A DNA stretch of 64,000 bases, from contig CAWBMV010000034.1 in assembly GCA_963789955.1 (NCBI GenBank), positions 416,001 through 480,000 on the forward strand, given 5' to 3'. This stretch comes from an uncultured Candidatus Rokubacteria bacterium. GTDB taxonomy: Bacteria; Methylomirabilota; Methylomirabilia; Rokubacteriales; CSP1-6. Position 1 is the first letter of the stretch. Every line of letters starts with the position of its first letter. Below are positions 20,433 through 30,748 of this stretch, piece by piece. The notes under the pieces were generated by a model. That model worked only from the letters and a program-made list of their open reading frames with translations, made no database searches and was not told the DNA's origin. A program made the position numbers and the translations under genes.

Positions 20433-21737
20433 CTACGCGAACTTGCAGGCCGGCGGGACGATCGTCTTCTCCTTGGCAATCGTCTCCAGGAGCTTGTGCT
20501 TGTTGTTCTGGATCGTGAAGATGAACTCGCGCAGGAACGCCTGGTGATCTTCCTTCCGGAGTCGTCTTGTCGCCCTGCGGGAAGTCGTCGCTTTCCTTGA
20601 CCTCCATGCCCTCCAGGGCCTCGATCAGGTTCATCGTGTCCTCGCGGCCGCGGAACCGGGACTTCTGCATGCCGAGCTTCAGGAAGTTCATCGCCTCGAA
20701 GTTCGACTGCACGTAGCGGTCCGGCAGCGGGCCGGACGGGTCGATCTTCTTGAGCTCGACGACGGCCTGATCGAAGAACTTCTTGTGGTACGGCGTGTTC
20801 AGCGGCGGGTCCATCACCGGGATGTACCGGTTGATGCCGACGAACCCCTCGATCTTCTGGCCCAGCGCGGCCAGGTGCGTCGACTCCGCGATGGCGCCGT
20901 CACCCGCGTACTTGTACTTCTTGGTGAGCCCGAGGTCGGCGATCGCGCTGGTGAAGCTGACGGCGTTGGCCCCGAAGAAGATGCCGAAGAGCCCGTCGAA
21001 GTTGCCGCTGATCTTCGAGACGAACGGCGCCATGTCGGCCGTGCCCAGCGGCACGCCGGTGGTGCCGACGACCTCGCCGCCGTTCTTCTTGATCTGCTCG
21101 ATGAACGCGTCCTGGTCGACTGCCCCCAGGCGTAGTCGAGGTACGCGATGTGCCACTTCTTGCCGAGCTTCGAGGTGAGGTACGGGGCGAACGCGACGGC
21201 CTGGGCCGGCGCATAGTCGAACGGTCGGAAGACGTAGCGGCTGCACTTGCTGGTCGTGATGGTGGTGTCCAGGCACACGCCGATCATCCACGCGGTCTTG
21301 TTCTCCTCGAAGACCGGCATGCACGCCAGGCACACGTTCGAGAGATAGCCGCCCTCGGCGACGTCGACCTTGTCCTCGAGCACGAGCTTCTCGGCCTTGC
21401 GCCGGCCGACGTCGGGCTTCGACTCGTAGTCCGCGACGACCAGCTCGATCGGCCGGCCGTTGACGCCGCCCGAATGGTTGATGCGGTCGACGGCCATCTG
21501 CGTACCGACCAGCGCCGTCTTGCCGCCGGCCGCGCCGGTGCCGGAGAGCGGCTGGAGCACGCCGACCTTGTACGGCTTGGCCTGACCGAAGGCGTCTCGC
21601 CACGGCGCTGGGACCAGCATCGTCGCGCCCAGCGCGCCGGCGGTCGCCGACGTCAGCGCGAGGAACTTGCGCCGCGTCGTCTTGCCGCTCCACCACATGT
21701 GCTTCGCCCAGGCTTCGTCGTGCCAACGTTCATGCAT
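20433..21737 (-). CDS. Tat-exported ABC substrate-binding protein (LivK/periplasmic binding protein type 1); two frameshifts (~21115, ~20560)
   Basis: Twin-arginine 'TRRKFL', 'VGVLQPLSG', 'GGVNGRPIELVVAD' and 'YLDYAWGQS'. Confidence 0.85.
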
Positions 21738-21878
21738 CGGAGTTCCTCCTTGCGGCGCCGCGCTACGCCAATGCCTATGCGGCGGGCACCGTAATGGCCG
21801 GTAAGAGAGTTGCCCCTACTTACACTAACCGCCTACGCCGCGCAAGCGTTCACCCATAGGGGTGTCGCGACGGGATGT

Positions 21879-22047
21879 CGGGCCGACGCGGGCAGGCGGT
21901 GGTGCGGGAGGGGTCGACCGGACCCGTTCCCTCGAGGCGAAATCGGATGACGCGCGCCCAGATGGAGCCCAGCCGCCGAGGAGCAGCGCACGCGCGCCGC
22001 GTGGTCCGGCGACCCCTCCCGCACCACCGCCTGCCCGCGTCGGCCCG
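21879..22047 (-). repeat. Structured element copy 1: 45-bp inverted arms around a conserved ~80-bp core
   Basis: 21879-21924 is the reverse complement of 22003-22047 with one bulged base. The core matches 41741-41907 in reverse orientation. Confidence 0.85.
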
Positions 22048-22064
22048 TCGCCCCGCTCCGAGAG

Positions 22065-22845
22065 CTAGAGGGTGCCCGGGTAAGCGCCCCCGTCGAGCAC
22101 GAAGTTCTGCCCGGTGATGTACCCGGCCTGAGCGCTGCAGACGAACGCGCACACCTCGCCGAACTCGGCGGCGGTGCCGAAGCGCCCCGCCGGGTTCTGA
22201 GCCTGCCGCTCGCGGGTCGACGTCCTCGATCGATCTCCCGGTCGCCTTCGCGACGGTCGCGATCGTCGAGCGGAGCCGGTCGGTGTCGAAGGGCCCGGGC
22301 AGGATGTTGTTGATCGTGACGTTGTGCGCGACGGTCTTGCGGGCCAGGCCGGCGACGAAGCCGGTGAGCCCGGCGCGCGCGCCGTTCGAGAGACCGAGGA
22401 TATCGATCGGCGACTTCACCGAGACCGACGTGATGTTGACGATGCGGCCGAAGCGCCGCGCTGATCATCCCGTCGACGGTGGCCTTGATCAGGAAGATCG
22501 GCGTGAGCATGTTGGCGTCGAGCGCGCGCAGCCACGCCTCGCGATCCCACTCGCGGAAATCTCCGGGCGGCGGGCCGCCCGCGTTGTTCACCAGGATGTC
22601 GGGTTGGGGCACGCCTGGAGCAGCGCCGCCCGCACCGCCTCGGTCGTGATGTCGCCGGCCACGGTCGTCACCCGCGCGCCGGTCGCGTCGCGAATCTCCT
22701 TCGCGGCCGCTTCGAGCGCGTCCTTGGTGCGCGCGTTGATCGTGAGATTGACGCCCTCACGGGCGAGCGACATGGCGCAGCCCTTGCCGAGCCCCTTGCT
22801 GGCGGCGCAGACGATCGCGTTCTTGCCCTTGATTCCGAGATCCAT
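22065..22845 (-). CDS. SDR family oxidoreductase (3-oxoacyl-ACP reductase-like); several frameshifts
   Basis: 'MDLGIKGKNAIVCAASKGLG', 'DILVNNAGGPPPG', 'NNILPGPFDTDR' and 'YITGQNFVLDGG'. Confidence 0.85.
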
Positions 22846-22862
22846 GGTTTGCTCGCTCCCTT

Positions 22863-23787
22863 TCAGAGACCGGCTGCGGTGAGCGCCCGGCGGATCGCCG
22901 CTCGCTCCGCGCCGCTGACCGGCGTCAGCGGAGGCCGGACGTACGCGGCCGGGATCCGCCCGAGAAGGACGAGCGCTTCCTTCATCCGGTTGTGCATGTC
23001 CACGAACGGCGGCGCGTAGAACACGGACACGAGCGGCGCGAGCCGATCGTTGATCCGTCTCGCCCCGTCGAGATCACCCTTGCCGCACGCCTCGAACAGC
23101 TCGGCCTGCAGGTCGGCCGTGACGCTTCCCATGCCGGAGATCGCGCCGTCGGCGCCGAGCAGGAAGCTCGCCATCAGCGACATCGTGAAGGCCGAGAGCA
23201 TCGCCACGGGCCGGCCCGTGGCGCGCAGCGCCCGGAGATTCGATTCGAAGGCGACGATCTCGTTCGACCAGTCCTTCACCGCGGCCACCTGGGGGATCTC
23301 GGCGAGCCGCGCGAGGGTCTCCGGCGAATAGCCGATGCCCGACGCCGGCGGATACTCGAACACCACGATCGGAAGATCGGCGCCGGCCGCGATCTCGGAG
23401 AAGTGCCGCAGCACCATGTCGGGTTTGAGCTGGGCGCCCCACATGAAGAGCGTCGGCGGGAAGACGAGCACGCCCGCCGCACCCTCGCGCGCGCGCGTCG
23501 CGCGCGAGATCGACCGCGTCCTGCGTGCCGTCCGAGTAGACGCCGGCGATCACCGGACACGCGCTGCCGACCTCGTCCAGCGCGATCGCCAGCGAGCGCT
23601 TGCGCTCCTCACGGTTGAGCGACGAGACCTCGGACGCGTGGCCGTTGGCGACGATCCCGGTGACCCCGCGGGTGTCGGCGAGCCAGCGCAGATGACGGCG
23701 ATACGCCGGCTCGTCGATCGCGAGATCCGACGTGAACGGAAGCACGTTGGCGGGCATGACGCCCGAGAAGCGCAGCGGTTCTTTCAT
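22863..23787 (-). CDS. Dihydrodipicolinate synthase (class I aldolase) family protein; frameshift near 23490
   Basis: 'GVMPANVLPF..DLAIDE', 'NGHASE', 'LPIVVFEY' and Schiff-base Lys in 'AVKDWS'. Confidence 0.85.
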
Positions 23788-23815
23788 CGCGACCTCCCCA
23801 TGCATCGCGGCACGA

Positions 23816-24469
23816 CTACCACCTCGAGATCTGATCGGCGACTTCCTTGCCGGTCGCGATTCGCCCGTAGGCCCGTCCGATGATGTCGAGCGCCGCGCGC
23901 TGGATCTCGGGCCAGAGCGTGGCCACGCCGTCCTCCACCACCGTCACGCGGTACTCCCGATGGAGCGCGGCCGTCACCGTGGCCAGCACACAGATGTCGG
24001 TCATCGTACCGGTCACCACGAGCGATGTCACGTTCCGCGCCCGCAGCGCCCGGTCGAGGAGCGTGCCGGCGAACGCGTCGTAGCCGCGCTTGCGCACGAC
24101 GATCTCGCCGGGCCGCGGCGCCAGATCGGGAACGGTCTCGGCGCTCGGCGTTCCCTCCAGGCACGAAGAAGACGGCAGACCGAAGCCTCGCGGGGCTCCG
24201 GGCTCGGCCGGCTTGTGCTCGGGATGGAGGCTTCCGATGAGGACCGGCACGCTCTCGGAGTAGACGAACTCGGTGAACACGACCGGCAGCCGCTTGGCGC
24301 GAAAGACGTTCAGGAGCTCCTGGATCACGGGAACGATCTCCCGCGCCGGCGGCACCGCCATCGCCTCACCCGCGTCGAGAAAGCCGCGCTGCATGTCGAC
24401 CACGACCAGCGCCGTCCGCCCGGGCTCGGGCGCCAGCGCTCGCTCGAACGCGTCGCGGCGGTCGGCCAT
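23816..24469 (-). CDS. Isochorismatase/cysteine hydrolase family amidase
   Basis: Asp-Lys-Cys triad in 'VVVDMQ', 'VRKRGYDAF' and 'TMTDICV'. Confidence 0.88.
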   Translation of the reverse strand: MADRRDAFERALAPEPGRTALVVVDMQRGFLDAGEAMAVPPAREIVPVIQELLNVFRAKRLPVVFTEFVYSESVPVLIGSLHPEHKPAEPGAPRGFGLPSSSCLEGTPSAETVPDLAPRPGEIVVRKRGYDAFAGTLLDRALRARNVTSLVVTGTMTDICVLATVTAALHREYRVTVVEDGVATLWPEIQRAALDIIGRAYGRIATGKEVADQISRW

Positions 24470-25414
24470 CAGCGCGGCGTCAGGCGGGGCAGGATGTCGC
24501 GGGCGATCAGCTCGACCTGCTCGGGCTCGTAGCGATAGGGAATGAGGATGAGGCGGTCGACGCCCGAGTCGACATGGGCGCGAAGCTGCGCCACGCACTC
24601 GTCGGCGCTGCCGCGGATCGCGTGCTCGATCGTCGACTCGCTCCAGGCCGCGACGTCCCACTCGGTCTCGAGCCAGCGCCGCATCGGCGCCTCGGTCGCC
24701 TCGCGCGAGCGCCCGATGTAGATCGCGAGCTGGTTGGTGCCGCTGAGCGTCTTCGGGTCGCGCCCGGCCTCGCGCGCGAAGCCGACGATCTTGTCCCACG
24801 AGCGCCGGTAGCTCTCGGGCGTGTAGAAATACGTGAGCCACCCGTCGCCGCTCGTGGCCACGCGCTTGAGCACGGCGTCGACGTAGCCGCCGATCAGGAT
24901 CGGCGGACGCGGCTTCTGGAACGGGCGCGGCCGCATCACGGCCTCGCGCAGGTTGTGCTCGTCGACCTGCAAGCGTGACGCGGTCCTCCGTCCACAGCCG
25001 GGCGAGGATGTCGAGGTTCCGCTCGAAGAGCCGGCCGCGCCGCTTGAACGGCACGCCGACCGCGTCGAACTCCCGCGCGTACCAGCCGGCCGCGACCCCC
25101 AGGATCAGGCGGCCCTTGGAGATCACGTCGAGGGTGCCGAGGGCCTTGGCGGCCACGGTCGGATTCCGCAGCGGGAGCACGAGCACGCCGGTGCCGAGCT
25201 TGATCCGGCTCGTCCGCGCCGCGATGGCGGTCAGGGTGCCGACGGCGTCGAGGATCGGGAACGACGGCTCGACGCCGAGGATCACGTGATCCCACGCCCA
25301 GAGCGATTCGAAGCCCAGCGCCTCGGCGCGCTGCGCATAGGTATAGAGCGCGTCGATGTCGGGGGTCTCGGCCGGCCCCACGAAGTTCTTGATCGCGAGC
25401 CCGAAGGTCGTCAT
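24469..25414 (-). CDS. LLM-class oxidoreductase; frameshift near 24972
   Basis: 'GFESLWAWDH', 'LGTLDVISKGRLILGVAAGW' and 'PRPPILIGG'. Confidence 0.88.
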
Positions 25415-25417
25415 CGG

Positions 25418-26188
25418 TCAGCCCAGGAAGCGCCGCTCCGGATCGAGCGCGCGGAGCATCTCGAGCTCGTCGTCGGAAGGCGGCTCGGTGGTTTCGATCC
25501 GCGGCGCCTCGAGGAGCGTGAAGCCCGTGTTCTGGCGCAACGTGTCCGTGGAGACCCCGGGATGCGTGGCTTCGATCCGCATGCGCTTGGACTCGGGGTC
25601 GAAGCCGAGGATTCCCAGGGTCGTGACGACGCGGGAGACGCCGCCGAAGAGTAGCCCGGCCGCCTTGCGCGACCCGTCGCCTCGGATCCAGGACGGGCTC
25701 GTGACGAAGTCGACGCGCTCGACGAAGCGCCGCTTCTCGTGCGCCGTGACGATGATGACCTCGCGGCACAGTGACGCGATGTCGTTGGCGCCGCCGGTTC
25801 CGGGCAGGCGCACTTTCGGGTGCCAGTAGTCGCTGCCGAGCACGCTCGTGTTGATGTTCCCGTACTGATCGATCTGCGCCCCGCCCATGAAGCCGACGTC
25901 CACGAAGCCGCGCTGGGCGAAGAGGAACGCGTCGGTGATCCCCGGCAGCATCGTCGCGCGGTGGCCGGCGCGCATCTCGTTGGTCGACACCGGCAGCCGC
26001 CCCGGCGCGATCTGCGGGCCGATGATGCCGCCCTCGATGACCATCGTCAGCCGCGGCGCGTGCCGCCGCTTGGCGAGCGCCGCGGCCAGGAGCGGCACGC
26101 CGACACCCGCGAAGACCGTCGTGTCGTCGCGGAGCTGGCGCGCGGCGATCACGGCGAGCAGCTCCGACGCGTTGAAACGCTCGGTCAT
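25418..26188 (-). CDS. CoA-transferase beta subunit (glutaconate/3-oxoadipate CoA-transferase type)
   Basis: 'FAGVGVP', 'IEGG', 'GGAQIDQYGNIN', 'LPGTGGANDI' and 'FVERVDFVTS'. Confidence 0.88.
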   Translation of the reverse strand: MTERFNASELLAVIAARQLRDDTTVFAGVGVPLLAAALAKRRHAPRLTMVIEGGIIGPQIAPGRLPVSTNEMRAGHRATMLPGITDAFLFAQRGFVDVGFMGGAQIDQYGNINTSVLGSDYWHPKVRLPGTGGANDIASLCREVIIVTAHEKRRFVERVDFVTSPSWIRGDGSRKAAGLLFGGVSRVVTTLGILGFDPESKRMRIEATHPGVSTDTLRQNTGFTLLEAPRIETTEPPSDDELEMLRALDPERRFLG

Positions 26189-26248
26189 TGTATCGGGCGC
26201 GCGCGCCCGGCTCCGACCGAGGGTGGCCTGAGACAGGCGCGTGGCTGG

Positions 26249-27220
26249 TCATCGCGTCAGTTCCTTGGCGCGCTTGACCTGAAGGGCCATGCGCTCGCCG
26301 CCGAACAGATCGAGGTAGTCGCTCCACGTGGGCGGCCCGTAGACGTAGCGCTCGAGATAGTCACCGACGGCCGCGGGGCCGCTCCGGTCGATCGCCGCGC
26401 AGTACTCGGCGAAGTGATCGTAGTCGGCCTCGTAGAGGCCGTAGCACTCGTGCGGGAACGAGCCGAACGGCACGTGCACGAGCGCGTCGACGACGAAGCC
26501 CGGAACGACGGTGCGGTCGGGATAACGACGCGTCTCTTCCTCGGAGATGATCTCTTCGGTCGTCACCAGGACCGTCGTCGCGGCCCGCGCGATGTCGGCG
26601 TCCATGTGCGGGTAGCCGTCGATCTGGCAGTTGCCGAACCGATCCGCGCGGTGCACGTGCAGCACCGCCACGTCCGGGAAGAGCGCCGGCACCGCCGCGA
26701 GCGTCTCGCCGGTGTAGGGATCCTGCATCGTCTTGAGGCCGCCGACGCCGACGAGATCCGAGCCGAGCATCGTGAGCGCGGGCAGGAACGGCACGCCCAT
26801 CGCGCCGGCGCGGAAGCGGAGCCCGAGCGCGAGATGGCTCCATTCTTCCAGCGCGACCGCGCCCGTCTCGACGTAGTGGCGCAGGATCTTCGACACGCCC
26901 CACGGCAGCCCGATGGACATCCAGGCGGTCATGACGCGGCTGGCGGCGCCCGCCGCCATGAACAGCTCGCCCTCGTTGCAGGTGAGGTTGCGCGCGAGCG
27001 TGAGCCCGCGGCGGCGCTGGCGCAGGATCTCGCGCATGAGGGCCATCGGCGTGCGCGAGAACAGGCACCCGCCGACGCCGATGTGATCGCCGTCCTTCAC
27101 GCGGCCGACGGCGTCCTCGAGGCTCGTGAGCTTCTCGGCCGCCGACTTGGCCTTGGCTTCCGTTCGCCGGCGCGCGGCGATGAAGTCGTATTCGGCCGGG
27201 TTCAGGCGAGGATCTCCCAC
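26249..27220 (-). CDS. CoA-transferase alpha subunit (GctA/PcaI type)
   Basis: 'VKDGDHIGVGG', 'EEWSH...RFRAGAMGVPFLP' and 'PDVAVLHVHRADRFGN'. Confidence 0.88.
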   Translation of the reverse strand: MGDPRLNPAEYDFIAARRRTEAKAKSAAEKLTSLEDAVGRVKDGDHIGVGGCLFSRTPMALMREILRQRRRGLTLARNLTCNEGELFMAAGAASRVMTAWMSIGLPWGVSKILRHYVETGAVALEEWSHLALGLRFRAGAMGVPFLPALTMLGSDLVGVGGLKTMQDPYTGETLAAVPALFPDVAVLHVHRADRFGNCQIDGYPHMDADIARAATTVLVTTEEIISEEETRRYPDRTVVPGFVVDALVHVPFGSFPHECYGLYEADYDHFAEYCAAIDRSGPAAVGDYLERYVYGPPTWSDYLDLFGGERMALQVKRAKELTR

Positions 27221-28251
27221 TTCGGCTGATACTGATCGAGCTCGCGCCGCGTCCGCGGATCCATCGGATGCTCCCGCTCCGGGACCTCGACGTGCTTGTC
27301 CTCGCCGCAGAGCGCCGTCGTGAAGTAGCGCTGGCCCGTGTCGTTCGCCATCGTCACGATCGACGGCAGGTCCGGGCGATGCCGCGCCAGCTTGAGCGCG
27401 GCGGCGACGTTGCAGCCGGTGGAGATGCCGCAGAAGATGCCCCTCCTCGGCCGCGAGGCGCCGCGCCATGACCAGGCTCTCGTCCGTGGTGGTGGTGATG
27501 ACGCCGGAGAGAATCGCGACGTCGAGGTTCTCGGGGATGAAGCCGTCGCCGATGCCCTCGATGCCGTGCGGTCCCCACTCGCGCCGCGCGAGCAGCGCGC
27601 ACTCCTCGGGCTCGACGGCGTAGAGCCGCACGCGCGTGTCCTGCTCGCGCAGGAAGCGCCCGACGCCGGTGAGCGTGCCGCCGCTGCCCTGCGAGGCGAC
27701 GAACGCGCCGACGATGCCGCCGGCCTGCTCCCAGATCTCGGGGCCGGTCGTCCGGTAGTGCGCCTCGACGTTGTCGGCGTTGTCGAACTGACCGGGCACC
27801 CAGTAGCCGGTCGCGGTCGCCCGCGCGGATCTCCTCGAGGCGCTGCAGCGACAGATCGACGTCGCTCTCGCCGCCCGGTGTGAAGACGAGATCGGCGCCG
27901 TAGGCGCGCATGATCTTCTTGCGCTCGTCGCTCATGCCCTCGGGCATCACGATCGTGCAGCGGTAGCCCTTGACCGCCGCCACGAAGGCGCAGGCGATCC
28001 CGGCGTTGCCGGTCGAGCACTCGAGCACACGCATGCCCGGGCGCAGGTCGCCGCGCGCCTCGGCGCGCTCGAACATGTGCAGGTAGATGCGGTCCTTGAG
28101 GCTGCCGGTCGCGCCGTACCACTCGAGCTTCAGGTGGATCGGCGGCGTGACGCCCGGCGGTGACGCGGTTCAGCGTGACGAGCGGTGTGCGCCCGACCGC
28201 CTGGGCGATCGATCCGAGCGCGCTACGGTACGCATCCCACAGAATCGTCAC
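27202..28251 (-). CDS. PLP-dependent cysteine synthase family protein; several frameshifts
   Basis: 'VGRTPLVTL', PLP lysine in 'TGSLKDR', 'STGNAG', 'TTGPEIWEQ', 'GSGGTLTG' and 'IEGIGDG'. Confidence 0.85.
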   Translation of the reverse strand: MTILWDAYRSALGSIAQAVGRTPLVTLNRVTAGRHAADPPEARVVRRDRQPQGPHLPAHVRARRGARRPAPGHACARVLDRQRRDRLRLRGGGQGLPLHDRDARGHERRAQEDHARLRRRSRLHTGRRERRRSVAAAPRGDPRGRPRPATGCPVSSTTPTTSRRTTGRPAPRSGSRPAASSARSSPRRAAAARSPASGASCASRTRACGSTPSSPRSARCSRGASGDRTASRASATASSPRTSTSRFSPASSPPPRTRAWSWRGASRPRRGIFCGISTGCNVAAALKLARHRPDLPSIVTMANDTGQRYFTTALCGEDKHVEVPEREHPMDPRTRRELDQYQPKWEILA

Positions 28252-28289
28252 GGGAGCGTGATTGTACCCGAAATCTCAAGCGACCGGCC

Positions 28290-28667
28290 TCACACGGTCC
28301 CGGTCGCGTCGAACGCCGCGGGGATGTGCCGAATCTCGAAGCGGCCGTCGCCGCGGGGCGTCACCGCCACGACGTCGAACCGGCAGTGCGCCTCCGCGAT
28401 CCGCATCCATTTCAGATAGCCTTGCGCGAGCCGAACGAGTCGCCTCCGCTTGAACCACGACACGGCCGCACCGGGCCCGTCGTCCCAGCGCTCCTGCCGG
28501 CACTTCACCTCGACGAAGACCCACACCTCGCCATCGCGGCACACCAGATCGATCTCGCCGTTGCGAAGCTTCACGTTGCGCGCGACGATGCGCAGCCCCG
28601 ACCGCTCGAGGAGCTTCGCCGCCGCTTCTTCAGCCGCGCGCCCGAGGACGTGCCGCGGATCGCCCAT
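28290..28667 (-). CDS. yraN: YraN family protein (UPF0102)
   Basis: 'G..AEEAAAKLL..SGLRIVARN', 'GEIDLV', 'FVEVK' and 'RFDVV'. Confidence 0.88.
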   Translation of the reverse strand: MGDPRHVLGRAAEEAAAKLLERSGLRIVARNVKLRNGEIDLVCRDGEVWVFVEVKCRQERWDDGPGAAVSWFKRRRLVRLAQGYLKWMRIAEAHCRFDVVAVTPRGDGRFEIRHIPAAFDATGTV

Positions 28668-28809
28668 GCCTGGCATCGTGGACGAGCCGGCAGCCGGTGA
28701 AAATGCCCAATGTTCGATACGGACACGGCGCACCGGACGGTCCGGGGCGTACGCTTGAATCGGCCGTATGCGGCGTTTGCATCTTTAGAAGTGGAAGGGG
28801 AGGGCAAGC

Positions 28810-29684
28810 ATGAGCCAGTCGTCACGCCCGGTCTCACACGTCATCACGCCCGAGCCCGTCGTCGAGGGGGCGGGCGTCCATCTGCGCCGCAGCATCGGCA
28901 CCCGCCGGCTCGATCACCTGGATCCGTTCCTGCTGCTCGATCACTTCGAGTCGGTCAAGCGCCAGCCGACTACGAGGCGGGCTTTCCGTACCACCCGCAC
29001 CGCGGCATCGAGACGGTCACGCTCGTTCGGAAGGGCGAGGTCAAGCACAGCGACTCGCTCGGCCACAAGGGCTCGATCGGCGCCGGTGACATCCAGTGGA
29101 TGACGTCCGGCAGCGGCATCCTCCACGAAGAGATGCCGCAGGTGCGTCCCGAGGGCATCGCCGGCTTGCAGATCTGGCTCAACCTGCCGGCGCGCGACAA
29201 GATGAGCCGGCCGAAGTATCGCGATCTGCAGGGCGATCGGCTGGCCGAGACGAAGACCGAGGACGGCGCGAGCATCCGCGTGATCGCGGGTGAGGCGCAG
29301 GGCGGAAAGTTCGCGGGGCCGGTCGAAGGGCTCGCGGTCGCGCCCAAGTTCATCGATGTCACCTTGCCGCCGGGCGCCACGTTCCGCGAGGAAGTGCCGC
29401 GCGGCCACACGGCGTTCGCCTACGTCGACCACGGCGACGTCCACTTCGGCGCCGAGAAGAAGACCGCGCACGCGCCGTCGCTCGTCATCTTCGGCGAGGG
29501 TGACGTCGTCGAAGCGTCGGCGGGAGCGGCGGGGGGGCGGTTTCTTCTCGCCGCGGCGCGGCCGCTCAACGAGCCGATCGCGCGCTATGGTCCCTTCGTG
29601 ATGAACACCCGCGCGGAGATCGAGCAGACGCTCGAGGATCTTCGCAGCGGGCGCTTCGCGCGCACGGAGCCTCGGGACGAATAG
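28810..29684 (+). CDS. Pirin family protein; frameshift near 28960
   Basis: 'EGAGV', 'DPFLLLDHF', 'GFPYHPHRGIETVT', 'QWMTSGSGILHEE' and 'YGPFVMNT'. Confidence 0.9.
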
Positions 29685-29694
29685 GCCGCCGTCT

Positions 29695-30733
29695 TCACGG
29701 TGCTCGACGGAGCGTGTCGAGCACCGCGAAGACGATCTGTTCCGCGATGGCGTCTGCCTCGAGCGCACACATCGCGCACACCGAGGCTCCGAGGTCGGGC
29801 GCGTGAAACGCGCTGGTCGTGTAGCCCGGCCCGCCGCCGTTGTGACCCCATAGTCGACCCCACGACGATTCCGGATCGCCCATGATCCCAAGGCCGTAGC
29901 CCGGCCGGCGCCAGCGTGACGCCGACGCGGCCGCCGCCTCGGCCGATCGGTACGAGCGTGGTCATCTCGTGAAGAGACTGCGCGGAGAGAAGCCCGCCGC
30001 AGAAGAGCGCATCGAAAAAGCGCGCGATGTCTGAAGGCGTCGACGCCACCACGCCGTGAGAGACCCATCCCGGATGGTAGTGATCGCGCACCTCACGAGT
30101 CGCGCCGTCACTCGCCAGAGCTCGAGACGCGGCCGGTGCGAGCGTCGAAAGATCACTCACCGATTCGGGGACGAACGTGCGAAGGAGCCCAAGCGGCCGC
30201 GCGATTCGTTCGCGGATCATCGCGCCGTAGGAGCTTCCGGCGACGTCCTCGGCGATTCGCTTGAGCAGCATGTAGCCCGGGTTCGAATAGGCCCAGCTCG
30301 ATCCGGGATCGAAGAGCAGCCCCTTCTCGAACGTCTCGGCCGCGAAGCGCTCGAACGACCACGGCGACGAGGGCGCAGGTGCGGACCGCGTCGTGGTACG
30401 AGTCCAGCCAGCCGTAGTCCGGAATGCCGGCGGTGTGGTTGAGCAGCTGGCCGAGCGAGATTCGATCAGACCGGTCGATGCGCGGGAACCACCGCGCGAG
30501 CCGATCGTCGAGGGTCAGCCGCTGCTCGTCCCGCAGCTGAAGGATCAGGACCGCGGTGAATGTCTTCGTGATGCTGTAGGCGAGATAGGCCGGCTCGTCG
30601 AGCAGCGGATGCCGGCACCCAGACGGCCTCGGGGCGTGCTCCGGCGCCGCTGACGACGGCGATGCCGGCGGCGGCGCGCCCCTCGATCGTCCGGTCGATG
30701 ATCTCGATGAGCGCGGTGCGTCGATACCGCCAT
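29695..30733 (-). CDS. Serine hydrolase (beta-lactamase/D-Ala-D-Ala carboxypeptidase-like); multiple frameshifts
   Basis: SxxK 'SITK', 'LLNHTAGI', 'AYSNPGY' and 'WGHNGGGPGY' spread across frames. Confidence 0.75.
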
Positions 30734-30748
30734 CGGCGACTCCGGCGG

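Noticed and set aside
21879..22047. Inverted-arm elements as tRNA, SRP RNA, 6S RNA or a plain terminator
   Set aside because: No cloverleaf or T-loop, no SRP domain IV motif recognised and no U-tract. Two diverged copies in unrelated 3' regions do not fit a single-copy housekeeping RNA.
23816..25414. Apparent LLM-isochorismatase fusion (532 aa); likewise 3516..5210, 26249..27799, 33639..35243 and 49365..51536
   Set aside because: These arise from frameshifts or out-of-frame upstream extensions. Each component gene has its own start, stop and overlap junction.
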